Source: Alphaproteobacteria bacterium
Lineage (GTDB): Bacteria > Pseudomonadota > Alphaproteobacteria > GCA-2746255
Direction: 5' to 3'
Length of the DNA stretch: 64,000 bases
Assembly (NCBI GenBank): GCA_965249135.1
Contig: OZ252220.1
Coordinates: 320,001 to 384,000 of the forward strand
This document shows, in pieces, positions 29,389 through 39,848 of the stretch. Below the pieces are notes generated by a model. That model was not told the DNA's origin and made no database searches. It was given only the letters and a program-made list of their open reading frames with translations. Position numbers and translations under genes: made by a program. Each line of letters begins with the position of its first letter. Position 1 is the first letter of the stretch.

Positions 29389-29791
29389 CTAACGCCGGAT
29401 GGCGGATCGTTCGGCATGCGCGCGGCTGATGGCCTCACTGACCTGTTTCTTCGTGAGATGCTTCGCCGAATGACCGCATCGCCCGCTCACCCTCCTTACG
29501 GCCGTTCTTGTGGGCCAGGAAGAACCACTTATAGGCCTCAACAACATCCTGCGGCACGCCCTCGCCGCGTGCATACATACGACCGAGATTGTATTGCGCG
29601 GCACGGTGCCCCTTCGCGGCCAGCGGGCTCAGATGCGAATAAGCGGTGGCGTAGTCCTTCTGCTGGTAGGCGTAGATGCCGGCCGCAAAGTCCCCCGGCG
29701 GCTGTTGGGCCACCAACGGTGAGGCAAAGAGGCCCCACGCGATAGCGGGCAGGACGAGGAAACTTAAGGCACCGGTGCTATGCATCCGCAT
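29389..29791 (-). pseudogene. Secreted SEL1-repeat protein, frameshifted near the C-terminus
   Basis: Signal peptide; AQYNLGRMYARGEGVPQDVVEAYKWF; the typical tail AKHLTKKQVSEA lies in another frame from about 29468. Confidence 0.7.
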
Positions 29792-29874
29792 GAGGGTAAA
29801 CCGTTCCTTAACGTGGCGTTTAGATTGCCTCTGAATCATAGGAAAAGCCACTGGAATCAAGATACTCCTTTGCC

Positions 29875-30375
29875 ATGACCTTCGCCACGCAGTCCGCTTT
29901 CGACGTTGCGCTTTGGTTCCTTGATCGGGCCCGGGCCGAAGACAGCTACCTTCCGCCCCAAAAATTACACCGGCTCCTTTTTCTTTCACAGACCTATTAT
30001 GCGGTCGAGCGGGATGGGGCCAAGCTGATGCCCTCGGTTTTTGCAGCCGAGCTCCAGGGACCCGTCGAGCCGAACATGGTGCGTGCCTTCGAGCACGGCC
30101 GTCCGAACGTGGTGCCTGGCGAGCTTTCCACCGACGCGGACGAATTCCTTTACGGTATTTGGCGCCGCTATGGGCACTTGAACGTCGATCATTTAAATCA
30201 ACTCGTTGCCTCCGTTTCCGGTTTTGACCAGATGCTTGCCGCCGGCGAGGGGGAGGAAATCCCGATGAAAACGATTTGCCAAACGCTTAAGGGCAAAAAG
30301 ACGAAACGTCTGGGCCATACCCATAACGGGAAGCCAATCCAGCGCTGGATTCCCGGAGTAAAATCAGCGGATTGA
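29875..30375 (+). CDS. Panacea (DUF4065/SocA-like) domain protein
   Basis: SAFDVALWF, QKLHRLLFLSQ, F.A...GPV, IWRRYG. Confidence 0.8.
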   Translation: MTFATQSAFDVALWFLDRARAEDSYLPPQKLHRLLFLSQTYYAVERDGAKLMPSVFAAELQGPVEPNMVRAFEHGRPNVVPGELSTDADEFLYGIWRRYGHLNVDHLNQLVASVSGFDQMLAAGEGEEIPMKTICQTLKGKKTKRLGHTHNGKPIQRWIPGVKSAD

Positions 30376-30438
30376 TACAATCGAGCTTGGCAGAAGAGAA
30401 ACCGGAAAAACCGCCCGGTTGTTTCCGGCCATTATCGA

Positions 30439-31965
30439 ATGGCGTATAGTCGAAGACCGTTCCGGGCAAGGGCTATCGGCTTCCAAAACAGGGTAAGGAA
30501 AGTGGTGCGAACGTCCCGGAAACGATCAAACAAAAGCCTTTTGATGGGGTGGGTCGCCGGGGCCGTCGCGTTTGTTTGGATGCGGGATGCGTTGGCGGGC
30601 ACCGTCGAAGGCATCGTTCCCTATAGTGCTCATACCTTCGATGGGGCAACGCTTGGTCTGATCTGGACCGCGCCCTTCGTGGGCATGCTGCTTTCGATCG
30701 CCATCTTTCCCCTTATCCTGCCCCGTTTCTGGCACCATCACTTTGGCAAGGTAAGCGCCTTTTGGGGGCTGGCCTTCCTGGTGCCGCTGGTGATGCAGTA
30801 TGGCGCCACCATCGCGGTGCATGAAGTCGCCCACACCTTCCTCCTGGAATACATCCCTTTCATCATTCTCCTGCTGGCCCTCTTTACGGCGGCGGGCGGC
30901 GTGCGCCTGAGGGGCAACCTCGAAGGCTCGCCGGCGATGAATACGGGCCTGCTTGCCTTCGGCACGGTGATCGCCAGCTGGATGGGAACGACCGGTGCGG
31001 CAATGCTGCTGATCCGGCCCTTGCTCGGGGCGAACGAGTGGCGGAAACACCAGGTGCATACGGTCGTCTTCTTCATCTTCCTGGTGGCGAATATCGGCGG
31101 CTCGCTGACCCCGCTTGGCGATCCGCCGCTTTTTCTGGGCTTTCTGAAAGGAGTCGATTTCTTCTGGCCGACGCAGCACCTGTTGTTGCCGATGCTGCTG
31201 GCGGCGGGCGTCCTGCTCGTCGTTTTCTATTTTCTCGACAGCTACTTCTACCGGCGCGAGCCGGAGGCCCGCGTCGTGCACGAGCACGAACCGCTTCGGA
31301 TCGAAGGCGGGGTCAATATCCTTTGCATCGGCGGTATCCTGGGCGCCGTGCTCCTGAGCGGCGTTTGGGAGTCCGGCGTCAACTTCGACGTCCTCGGCAC
31401 GCCGCTTGAGCTTGAAAATGTCGTCCGCGATCTTCTGCTGTTCGGGATCACCGCCCTTTCCTGGATGCTGACCAGCAAGGAGAGCCGCAAGGCGAACGGC
31501 TTCACGTGGTTTCCGATCATCGAAGTGGCGAAGCTTTTTGCCGGCATTTTTCTCACCATCATTCCGGCGATCGCCATCCTGAAGGCAGGCGCCTCCGGCC
31601 AGCTCAGCCCGCTAATCGAACTCGTAAATACGAGCGACGGGCCAAACAACCCGATGTATTTCTGGATGACGGGCATTCTTTCGAGCTTCCTCGATAACGC
31701 GCCCACCTACCTCGTGTTCTTCAACACGGCAGGCGGCGATGCGCAAGCCTTGATGGGGCCCGGAATGATGACGCTTCTCGCCATCTCGGCCGGGGCCGTC
31801 TTCATGGGGGCGAACACCTATGTCGGCAACGCGCCAAACTTCATGGTGCGCGCCATCGCCGAGGACCGCGGCGTGAAGATGCCAAGCTTCTTCGGCTATA
31901 TGGGCTGGTCGATCGTCTTCCTTATGCCGCTTTTCGCGATCGTGACGGTTGTCTTCCTGCTCTAG
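30439..31965 (+). CDS. IT-superfamily ion transporter (putative Na+/H+ antiporter, NhaD-like); start uncertain
   Basis: GTTGAAMLLIRP, ANIGGSLTPLGDPPL, SSFLDNAPTY, TYVGNAPNF. Confidence 0.85.
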   Translation: MAYSRRPFRARAIGFQNRVRKVVRTSRKRSNKSLLMGWVAGAVAFVWMRDALAGTVEGIVPYSAHTFDGATLGLIWTAPFVGMLLSIAIFPLILPRFWHHHFGKVSAFWGLAFLVPLVMQYGATIAVHEVAHTFLLEYIPFIILLLALFTAAGGVRLRGNLEGSPAMNTGLLAFGTVIASWMGTTGAAMLLIRPLLGANEWRKHQVHTVVFFIFLVANIGGSLTPLGDPPLFLGFLKGVDFFWPTQHLLLPMLLAAGVLLVVFYFLDSYFYRREPEARVVHEHEPLRIEGGVNILCIGGILGAVLLSGVWESGVNFDVLGTPLELENVVRDLLLFGITALSWMLTSKESRKANGFTWFPIIEVAKLFAGIFLTIIPAIAILKAGASGQLSPLIELVNTSDGPNNPMYFWMTGILSSFLDNAPTYLVFFNTAGGDAQALMGPGMMTLLAISAGAVFMGANTYVGNAPNFMVRAIAEDRGVKMPSFFGYMGWSIVFLMPLFAIVTVVFLL

Positions 31966-31981
31966 GGACGAAACGCTTTTC

Positions 31982-32809
31982 CTAGTGGGACATCAAGAGC
32001 GGCACGGTTGTGTGGGTAAGCGTGTGGTGGGTGACGCCGCCAAGCACGAGTTCGCGAAGCCGTGATCCGCCATAAGCCCCCATCACGATCAGGTCGCAAT
32101 CGAGGTCGATGGCCGTCTGGCAGATGATTTCGCCCTTGTGTCGGCCGCCGGCCAGGTTCGAACGCGTCTCGACATTGATCCCGTGACGGGCTAGCCGGGT
32201 CGCGACCGCCGCCCCGGGGACATCGTCATGGTCCGGTGGATCGATGGTCAGCACCGTCACCTGTTCCGCCTCCTTCAGGAACGGCAGCGCGTAGCCGACG
32301 GCACGTCCGCTTTCCGGCAATGTCTTCCAGGCGATCAGGATCCGCATGCCGATGCGATCGACCGCCTGCTCATAGGGCACGACGAGGACCGGGCAACCGG
32401 CCATCATCGGCAGATGATTTGGCAGGTGCAGCCGCAATTTGTCCTCGAAGCTTTGCGCGTGCGACTGGCTGATAATGGCGAGATCCGAAAAAGGCGCGTA
32501 TTTCATCAGCAGCTTGAGGTGATCCCCTTTTTCGCAAAGGCATTCGGTGGAAATCTGATTCGACTTGCAGAAGTCGAGGAATTCCTGCTCGATATCGACG
32601 GCGTGTTCATGGGCAATCGTCGTCTCCTCGGCGAGAAAGCCAAGGGCCGCGCCGCGGCCCGCGATGGCATCGGGCATGTAGGCGGGCTCTTCCGTGTAGA
32701 GGCCAAGGAGATGGGCGTCGAACCGCTGGGCGAGCTTCGCGGCCGTTTCGACCCGGGCCTGGTGCTTCGGGTCGTCGGCCAGATGAACAAGGATCGTTTT
32801 GATGGTCAT
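31982..32809 (-). CDS. Universal stress protein (tandem Usp)
   Basis: KTILVHL, CPVLVVP, DLIVMGAYGGSRLRELVLGGVT, PLLMSH. Confidence 0.92.
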   Translation of the reverse strand: MTIKTILVHLADDPKHQARVETAAKLAQRFDAHLLGLYTEEPAYMPDAIAGRGAALGFLAEETTIAHEHAVDIEQEFLDFCKSNQISTECLCEKGDHLKLLMKYAPFSDLAIISQSHAQSFEDKLRLHLPNHLPMMAGCPVLVVPYEQAVDRIGMRILIAWKTLPESGRAVGYALPFLKEAEQVTVLTIDPPDHDDVPGAAVATRLARHGINVETRSNLAGGRHKGEIICQTAIDLDCDLIVMGAYGGSRLRELVLGGVTHHTLTHTTVPLLMSH

Positions 32810-32906
32810 GGCCATCCTTCGACGGTGGGTCAAAGCTTCGGGGCCGTCTTCCCCGGAAGGCGAGGGCCCGGAAAACGAGAAGAAGGCTAGCCTCCCGGCT
32901 CGCGCA

Positions 32907-33413
32907 TTGCAATTCTGCAAACGCCGGCTTGCTTTTGCGTTAACGCTTCTTCTTCTAGCCGGGTTCGGTTTTGCGCCCGGCCTCGCCAGCCCCGGGCCCC
33001 CGGAAAGCGAGAGGATGGCGGAGCCGGCGCGCGAGCCGCTTTCCCTCATCACGGCCACCGGTACCCACGCCTTCGAGGTCGAGGTGGCGGGCACAAAGGA
33101 GGCGCGGGCCAAGGGCCTCATGCACCGCGAGACGCTGGCGCCCAATCACGGCATGCTCTTCGATTTCGAACGCCCGGTAACGGACGCCGCCATGTGGATG
33201 AAGAACACGCCGCTTTCCCTCGACATGCTCTTCTTGGGGCCGGAGGGGCGCATCCTGATGATCGAGGGTCAGACGACGCCGGGTTCCATGGATCCGATCG
33301 GGACCCGCCGGCCGGTCCGCGCCGTGCTCGAGCTTCCCGGCGGCACGGCGGCACGGCTGGGTGCACGGGTAGGCGATCGCGTCGAACACCCCATCTTTGA
33401 GGCGTCCGACTGA
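32907..33413 (+). CDS. DUF192 family exported protein (start approximate)
   Basis: VEVA...R.KGLMHR, GMLFDF, MWMKNTPLSLDMLF, VLELPGG. Confidence 0.88.
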   Translation: MQFCKRRLAFALTLLLLAGFGFAPGLASPGPPESERMAEPAREPLSLITATGTHAFEVEVAGTKEARAKGLMHRETLAPNHGMLFDFERPVTDAAMWMKNTPLSLDMLFLGPEGRILMIEGQTTPGSMDPIGTRRPVRAVLELPGGTAARLGARVGDRVEHPIFEASD

Positions 33414-33578
33414 CCTGGCAGAACGGCCGTACCCTTGGCGTCGCCATCCCGGCGGCGGCGTTTCAGTCTGAACTTCCAGGCTCTCGGTAGCCGGAGGCGG
33501 ATTTGCGACGTGAGATCACTCGCAGATTACGATTTGGCAAAGCAAATCTCACAAACACTTTTTCACAGCTCGATTGGA

Positions 33579-33809
33579 TTATGCCTTTCGCCCAATCATT
33601 ATAAACAGCCCGCCCTCGCCACCATAATGCGATAGAAGCATATCTATCTCGGTCTCTAGACGATCAAGAGCAGATCCCGAGGAACTAGCTTCGAAGATTT
33701 TTTCATTAACCGAAAAAGTACCGACTATCTTCGGAATCGATGAAATAAATGCGAAAATCCACTTCGCGAAGCCATTCGAGGGCCTCGGATATGGTGTGCT
33801 TGCTTTCAT
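33579..33809 (-). pseudogene. Low-GC 3' gene remnant abutting IS3, possibly a methyltransferase C-terminus
   Basis: Ends EIDMLLSHYGGEGGLFIMIGRKA; cut by the IS3 end at 33825; family guess only. Confidence 0.25.
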
Positions 33810-33824
33810 GTGGATGACATTATT

Positions 33825-35168
33825 TGAGGTGGCCTCGGTTTGTCGGACAGCTTGGCGGCTTGATTAAGGTGTATTCCGGTTGTCGTTCATGCTGCCAGAA
33901 TCCCTTTGCATCGATCTCCTTGCCGTTGTTGTTGCGCCTGTGGGGATGTGGGCAAGGTGCGTAGCGGCTTGTCCATCATATCCACAGGCGGGGCACCGCG
34001 GTAGGCCTCGGCCGGCGTTTCCCCCCCGAGCGCCGAGTGCGGCCTCTCGGTGTTGTAGAAGTCGATCCACTCGCCGATGACGCGCCGGGCCTCGAAGCCG
34101 TCGGCGAGCTCGCGCAGATAGACGGCCTCATATTTGAGGGAGCGCCACAGCTGCTCAATGAAGATGTTATCCAGGCACCGGCCCCTGCCGTCCATCGAGA
34201 TCCGGATGCCGGCCTCCCGCAAGCGCCCGGTGAAGGCGAAGCTGGTGAACTGGCTGCCCTGGTCGGTATTGAAGATCTCCGGCGTGCCATGGCGGGCCAG
34301 CGCCTCGTCGAGCGCGTCTGTGCAGAAGCCCGCATCCAGGGTGTTCGACAGACGCCAAGCCAGCACATGCCGGCTGGCCCAGTCCATGATCGCCACCAGG
34401 TAAAGAAAGCCGCGGCGCACCGGGATGTAGGTGATGTCGGCGCACCAGACATGGCCCGCCCGCTCGATCATCAAGCCTCTGAGCAGATAGGGGTAGACCC
34501 GGTGCTCGGGATGCGGATCGCTGGTGCGCGGCGCCCTATAGATCGCCTGAAGCCCCATCAGGCGCATCTCAGACGACCGGCCCGGCGACGACCGATGCGC
34601 ACGCCCTCGCGGCGCAGATGACGGACCGTCTGACGGGCGCCGTAGAACGGATACTTCAGGAACAACTCATCAATGCGCCACATCAGCGCCAGAGTCTCCG
34701 GGCTCTCGCCCTTGGGCGTGTAATAGAGCGAGGAGCGTCCGATCGACAGCAAACGGCATTGACGGCTCAAGCTCAGCGCCCGGTGATCGCGCATCACCAT
34801 CGTTCACCGCTCGGACCGGCTCATCGACCGGACCCTCGAGACAAAAAATCCCGCCCCACCGTCAACTCGCCGATCTTCGCGTGAAGATCACGGATCTCGC
34901 TCTCATGGTCCCCACGGCGGCGCTCGCCCCCGTTCGAAAACACCTCGCCAAGACCATCAATCGCCTGGCGCTTCCATGTGCTCACCTGGTTCGGATGAAC
35001 CTGGTGCTTCGAGGCAATCTCCTGAAGCGTCCGGTCGCCACAAAACGCCTCAAGCGCGATCTTCGCCTTCAGCTCCCCGGAAAACCTGCGTCTCCTGCTC
35101 ATCGCGTATCCCTCCTCAGTCGGGGGAATACACCTTAAACACCTGTCCGATTTTCCGGGGCCACCTCA
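33825..35168 (-). mobile_element. IS3-family element, inactivated
   Basis: Imperfect 26-bp IRs TGAGGTGGCC(T/C)CGG....TCGGACAG; orfA 34821-35102; orfB DDE motifs (WCADITY, FNTDQGSQF, DNIFIE); in-frame TGA near 34804 and frameshift near 34568; no target duplication. Confidence 0.93.
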
Positions 35169-35259
35169 CAAGCAAGCGGCTTAACATCAACCCACGATGA
35201 GCCGGATCCTCCGTTAAGAAACAGGCTCAGATGTCCCAAATGTTCCGATGACGGACAAA

Positions 35260-35421
35260 CAGGGCCAGGCCGAGGGAGACATTTCTGAGGAGGTGTCTCC
35301 GACCCACACCGCCCGCGCGCTTCTCGGCCTGTTCCTCGGTCTGCGTGTGCTGGCCCGCAGCCGCCCCGAGGCGTCCGCGCTCCGGTCTATCAAGAACCAG
35401 GCGGAAGCCTTGTTACGGTAG
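35260..35421 (+). pseudogene. TetR-family regulator C-terminal fragment
   Basis: QGQAEGDISEEVSPTHTARALLGLFLGLRVLARSRPE..; HTH domain missing. Confidence 0.6.
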
Positions 35422-35813
35422 CGGGCGGCCGCCCGGATCGCGCCTCTCGCTCGCGTGCACACTAGGGGGCGGTCCGCCTCTGTATCTGGATGTGTCCCAG
35501 TCGATCTGTCCGGCACAGCGTCGCATCGAACCTTACCGCCGTCGGCAAGAGCCTTCCCAGGGTCGACGAGGTCCCTGGTCACCCCTGTGTGCAAGGAGCC
35601 CCATTCCATTAGCTCTTGTATTCGGATAGAGAACTTCTGTAGCATTCGGTATTAAAAATCGAGCGTTGCGGATCGTCTCCGAGAGCGACTCTACCGCCGT
35701 GACGATCGAGATTGCGTAACACCGCACCGCCGACCGAGGGGATGGCAGCGGTGTCGACGTGCGGGGAGGGGATGACCGAGGGGTGCTTACTCCGTTAAGC
35801 GACCAGAATAGGA

Positions 35814-38426
35814 GTGATGGATTTGATGACGGGTAACGAAATCGGGCGAGCCATCGATCGGAGTACTAGGCTTTTGTTTGCGACATTTGCCTTCGCTGTC
35901 GTCTTGGCGGCGCCGCAAGTCGGATTTGCCGACGATAAGTTCAGCGGTTTCGTGGCCTACCCGATCGGAACCAACACCGCGGATTGGGTCGTCGATCGAA
36001 GAGCCTCAGCGTCGTTCGGGAACATCGGAACATTTCAAGGGCGCGACAACGTCATCTTGTTGGGGATCGCGCCACCGGCGGCAGACAGTTCTCGCCTAAA
36101 CTGGCAGGGTTACAAACAGAACATGACCGTGCCCGCGGGCAATTCATTCCTGCGCGGCGATATGTGGATCGCCGATGGCTGGCAGACCGGTACCGAGGAC
36201 GATTTCGTCAATACGGGTATGTGGGGTTCGGCCATGCCCGAGCACCTCGTGGCCAAGGGCAATTACGTCAACGCGGCAGCGGTGTTTCCGATCGTTCACT
36301 TCATCAACCAAGGGGGTGCCGGTCGGTTGAGAGTCTGGGACACGTCGACCTCGGGCTGGGTCAACTTACCGGAGACCGCCGATCTGATCACCTACGATGG
36401 GTGGAATACCATCGACCTCAGGCTGTTACCCGACGAGCGGAAGATCGAGTACCTGTTGAACAGGGAAGTCTTCTACACCTGGGACATGCCTGAGCCCCAA
36501 GATTCCGACCTTGGACTCCCCGAGCAGTTTTTCGCGATGTACCTGAACGCTCGGAATAATGGCGTCACGTCATTTGATACGTACTGGTCCCGCCTGATGT
36601 CGGGACTTCTGATCGGGGGGGGCGAGGACATCGGCACTACGCCTGGTGACGTTGTCGTCGATCCCGGTGAAGGGGCATCGCGGAACGTGGTCGTCGGCGA
36701 TGGGGTGACGATTGGCGGCTCCATCGCGGCGGACGGCGGTGCGCGGGGAGTCGAGATCGAGTTTGACGGCAGCGCCGACATTGTCGGAAACGTTATCGCC
36801 AGCGGCACCGCGTTTCAGTTCGGAACCGAGCCCGGCGAAAGCGTCAGGATCGGCGGCGATATCGAGCTCGTGAATAGCTCGAGCACCACGGGAGGAAGCA
36901 CCGCCAACCCGGTTCAAGTCACCGGCAATGTAGCGGTCGACAAGACCTCCGTCTTAGGCGGTAACTGGAACATCTTGGGGAATCTTGGCGTCTTGGGCAC
37001 GCTCGGCCCAGGCAGTTTGATCGGCACGGTGACGGTCGCCGGCAACCACACGTTCGGTCCCGACTCGGTGTACATGGTGGAGATCGACGGCGAAGGAAAT
37101 GCCGACTTGTTGAGCGTGAGTGGAATTGCGCGCTTGGACGGCACAGTACAGGTCAGCCCGAACGACGGCGCCAACGACTTTCTCCTTGGACATGCCTATA
37201 CGATCGTAGAGGCCGGCGGTGGGTTCGACGGAACGCGTTTCGACGGCGCGTCGTGGGACAGCGCGTTCCTCGATCCCCAACTCAGCTATGACAGCACGAA
37301 CGTCTTTCTGACGATCGATCGCAACGGAACCTCCTTTGCATCGGTGGCTTTGACGCCGAACCAGGTGGCCGCGGCCACTGTGCTGGATTCGCTGACCCCG
37401 GGGAATTCAATCCACGACGCGATCACCCTGAATTCGGCGGCAAGTGCCGCGCAAGCTTTCGACCTGCTCTCCGGAGAGGTCTATGCGAGTACGCGAAACG
37501 GTCTGCTTGAGGAGTCCCAACAGGTTCGTTTGATCATCGCCGACCGGCTGCAGCAAGTGTCGTTCGGGCAGAGCGAACATGCAGAAAAGAGAGCGCAGGA
37601 TTCCGGGATATGGATGCAGGCCTTTGGATCGTTCGGCGAGACCGATGCCACAGCAAACACGGGCAAGGTGGACCGCAGTGTCCGCGGCTTCATGATCGGC
37701 GCCGACGGCATGCTATCCGACGATTGGCGGATCGGCCTCGCCGGTGGCCACACACATTCGAAATTCGATCTCGATTCCCGCCTGTCGTCTGCCTCCGCCG
37801 ACAATTTTCACGTCGCGGCGTATGGCGGAACGGCATTGGGAGCCGTCGGATTGCGGTTCGGCGCTGCCCAGAGCTGGCACAACATTGACACCGACCGGTC
37901 AGTCACGTTCACCGGATTCTCGGAGTCGCTGACAAGCGATAACGATGCCCGAACGACCCAGGTATTCGGTGAGATCGGCTACGCCATGTCCATCGGAGCG
38001 ATCGACACCGAACCGTTTGCCGGGCTTGCATACGTCAACCACCATACCGACGACTTTGTCGAGCGAGGTGGTGACGCCGCTCTCCACGTGCGGTCGCCCG
38101 ACGACGGCCTTGGCTTCTCGACCTTGGGTCTGAGAGCTGACAAGTCACTCCTCATCAGCGACGGGACCGTGCTGTCGCTGGAAGCAGTGGCCGGCTGGGA
38201 GCATGCCTTCGGAGATGTCTCACCGACCACGAGCGTGGCGTTCGACGCCGGTTCCCCGTTTACCGTAGAGGGGGCGCCGATCGCGAGAAACAGCGCCGTC
38301 CTGGCTCTCGGTTTCGACCTGATGTCCGATGATGGGAACTTCAGCTTGGGCGCGGCGTATGGCGGCAAGTTTAACGGCGACGCCACCAGCCACGACTTGG
38401 ATGTAACGGTCAGAATCCGATTCTGA
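35814..38426 (+). CDS. Autotransporter (type Va) with unassigned passenger domain
   Basis: Signal peptide, Gly/Val-rich beta-helix stalk, LTPNQ..LSGEVYAS linker, W.QAFG beta-barrel, terminal VRIRF. Confidence 0.92.
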   Translation: MMDLMTGNEIGRAIDRSTRLLFATFAFAVVLAAPQVGFADDKFSGFVAYPIGTNTADWVVDRRASASFGNIGTFQGRDNVILLGIAPPAADSSRLNWQGYKQNMTVPAGNSFLRGDMWIADGWQTGTEDDFVNTGMWGSAMPEHLVAKGNYVNAAAVFPIVHFINQGGAGRLRVWDTSTSGWVNLPETADLITYDGWNTIDLRLLPDERKIEYLLNREVFYTWDMPEPQDSDLGLPEQFFAMYLNARNNGVTSFDTYWSRLMSGLLIGGGEDIGTTPGDVVVDPGEGASRNVVVGDGVTIGGSIAADGGARGVEIEFDGSADIVGNVIASGTAFQFGTEPGESVRIGGDIELVNSSSTTGGSTANPVQVTGNVAVDKTSVLGGNWNILGNLGVLGTLGPGSLIGTVTVAGNHTFGPDSVYMVEIDGEGNADLLSVSGIARLDGTVQVSPNDGANDFLLGHAYTIVEAGGGFDGTRFDGASWDSAFLDPQLSYDSTNVFLTIDRNGTSFASVALTPNQVAAATVLDSLTPGNSIHDAITLNSAASAAQAFDLLSGEVYASTRNGLLEESQQVRLIIADRLQQVSFGQSEHAEKRAQDSGIWMQAFGSFGETDATANTGKVDRSVRGFMIGADGMLSDDWRIGLAGGHTHSKFDLDSRLSSASADNFHVAAYGGTALGAVGLRFGAAQSWHNIDTDRSVTFTGFSESLTSDNDARTTQVFGEIGYAMSIGAIDTEPFAGLAYVNHHTDDFVERGGDAALHVRSPDDGLGFSTLGLRADKSLLISDGTVLSLEAVAGWEHAFGDVSPTTSVAFDAGSPFTVEGAPIARNSAVLALGFDLMSDDGNFSLGAAYGGKFNGDATSHDLDVTVRIRF

Positions 38427-38676
38427 AGCAACGGGTCGTCCGAGCGGCAGCGACAATAGCGGAAGGGGAGATCACCAAGCGGGGGTCAGGATGTCTTCAA
38501 GATCGCGGTCATCCCCCTCCGCTAGATCCTCTGTGGTTGGCGAGACTATCCAAGCACGCGCTATTCGGCGAGGCCACGTCGGCGGGCTTGACGACCGACA
38601 GCCGCACGTACGGCGCGACCGCGGGCCTGCGCCTGAGCTTCTGACCCACATTGGGTTGAATGGGGGGGAGATCGTG

Positions 38677-38808
38677 TTAATTTGAGCCATCGAGTTTGCG
38701 CCATTTCCGGCGGGCGCTCGACAGCAGCTTGAAGACCATGGCGAGCGCCGTTTTGCAGGATAGGCAGCCCTTGGTCCTGGTGGTTCTCAGTCCCACAGTG
38801 GCGAAGGA
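38677..38808 (-). mobile_element. IS256-family transposase C-terminal fragment
   Basis: SFATVGLRTTRTKGCLSCKTALAMVFKLLSSARRKWRKLDGSN*. Confidence 0.7.
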
Positions 38809-38841
38809 ACACAAATGAGATCGGTTAAACGCAACACGCTC

Positions 38842-39848
38842 TAGTGGATTGATCGGATCGAAAGAGTCCGATTTGGGATTCCGTATTGTGCCGTGGCATG
38901 CGAGTCTGGCACATGCGCCGCGGAATCTCCTTCACTGTATCGGCCGGCGACCGTCAGCGATTGCGCGCGATCGTCGCGGACCCCAAGAGCCCGCAGAAGC
39001 ACGTCTGGCGGGCGCGTATTGTCCTTCTGACCGGCGCGGGTCTGGGTACCTCGGCGATCATGGGCGAGACCGACAAGTCCAAGACCTGCGTGTGGCGCTG
39101 GCAGGAGCGCTTCATGCACGAGGGCGTCGGCGGCCTGCTTCGCGACAAGTCCCGCCCGCCGGGCAAGGCGCCGATCGCGCTTGATCGCGTCGCCTGGATC
39201 GTCCGTCAGACGCAGCAACCGCCGCCGCACGAGGCAACCCACTGGACGCTGCGCGCGATGGCCAAGGCGGCCGGCGTCGCCGCGTCGACGGTGCAGGCGA
39301 TCTGGAAAGCCCACGGCCTCAGCCCGCACCGCTGGCGGAACTTCAAGCTCTCGAACGACCCGGCCTTCGCCGAGAAGCTCGCCGATATCGTCGGCTTGTA
39401 TGTCGATCCACCGGCCCATGCGGTGGTGCTGTCGATCGACGAGAAGTCGCAGATCCAAGCACTCGACCGCACCCAGCCCGGCCTGCCGATGAAGAAGGGC
39501 CGCGCCGGCACCATGACCCATGACTACAAACGCCACGGCACGACCACGCTGTTCGCGGCGCTCAACATTCTGGATGGAACGGTCATCGGGCAGAACATGC
39601 AGCGCCACCGCCATCAGGAGTTCATCCGCTTCCTCAACCGCATCGAGCGCGAGGTGCCGGCGGACAAGGCCATCCACGTGATCCTCGACAATTACGCGGC
39701 GCACAAGAAGGACAAGGTCAGCGCTTGGCTCGACCGTCATCCACGCTGGACTTTCCACTTCACGCCAACCTCGTGTTCGTGGCTCAATGCCGTCGAGGGC
39801 TTCTTTGCCAAACTCACGCGGCGCAGGCTCAAGCACGGTATCTTCTGA
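38842..39848 (+). mobile_element. IS630-family element, 3'-truncated (transposase about 38913-39848)
   Basis: Starts TA-GTGGATTGATCGGA; DEKSQIQALDR, HDYKRHGT, ILDNYAAHK, FTPTSCSWLNAVE; ends abruptly at RLKHGIF. Confidence 0.9.

Noticed and set aside
33414-33580. att site or duplicated tRNA fragment at the island's left border
   Set aside because: No match to either end of tRNA-Pro or tRNA-Arg was found by eye.
38472-38676. Possible integrase/recombinase fragment
   Set aside because: No convincing HxxR or catalytic Tyr motif in any frame I translated.
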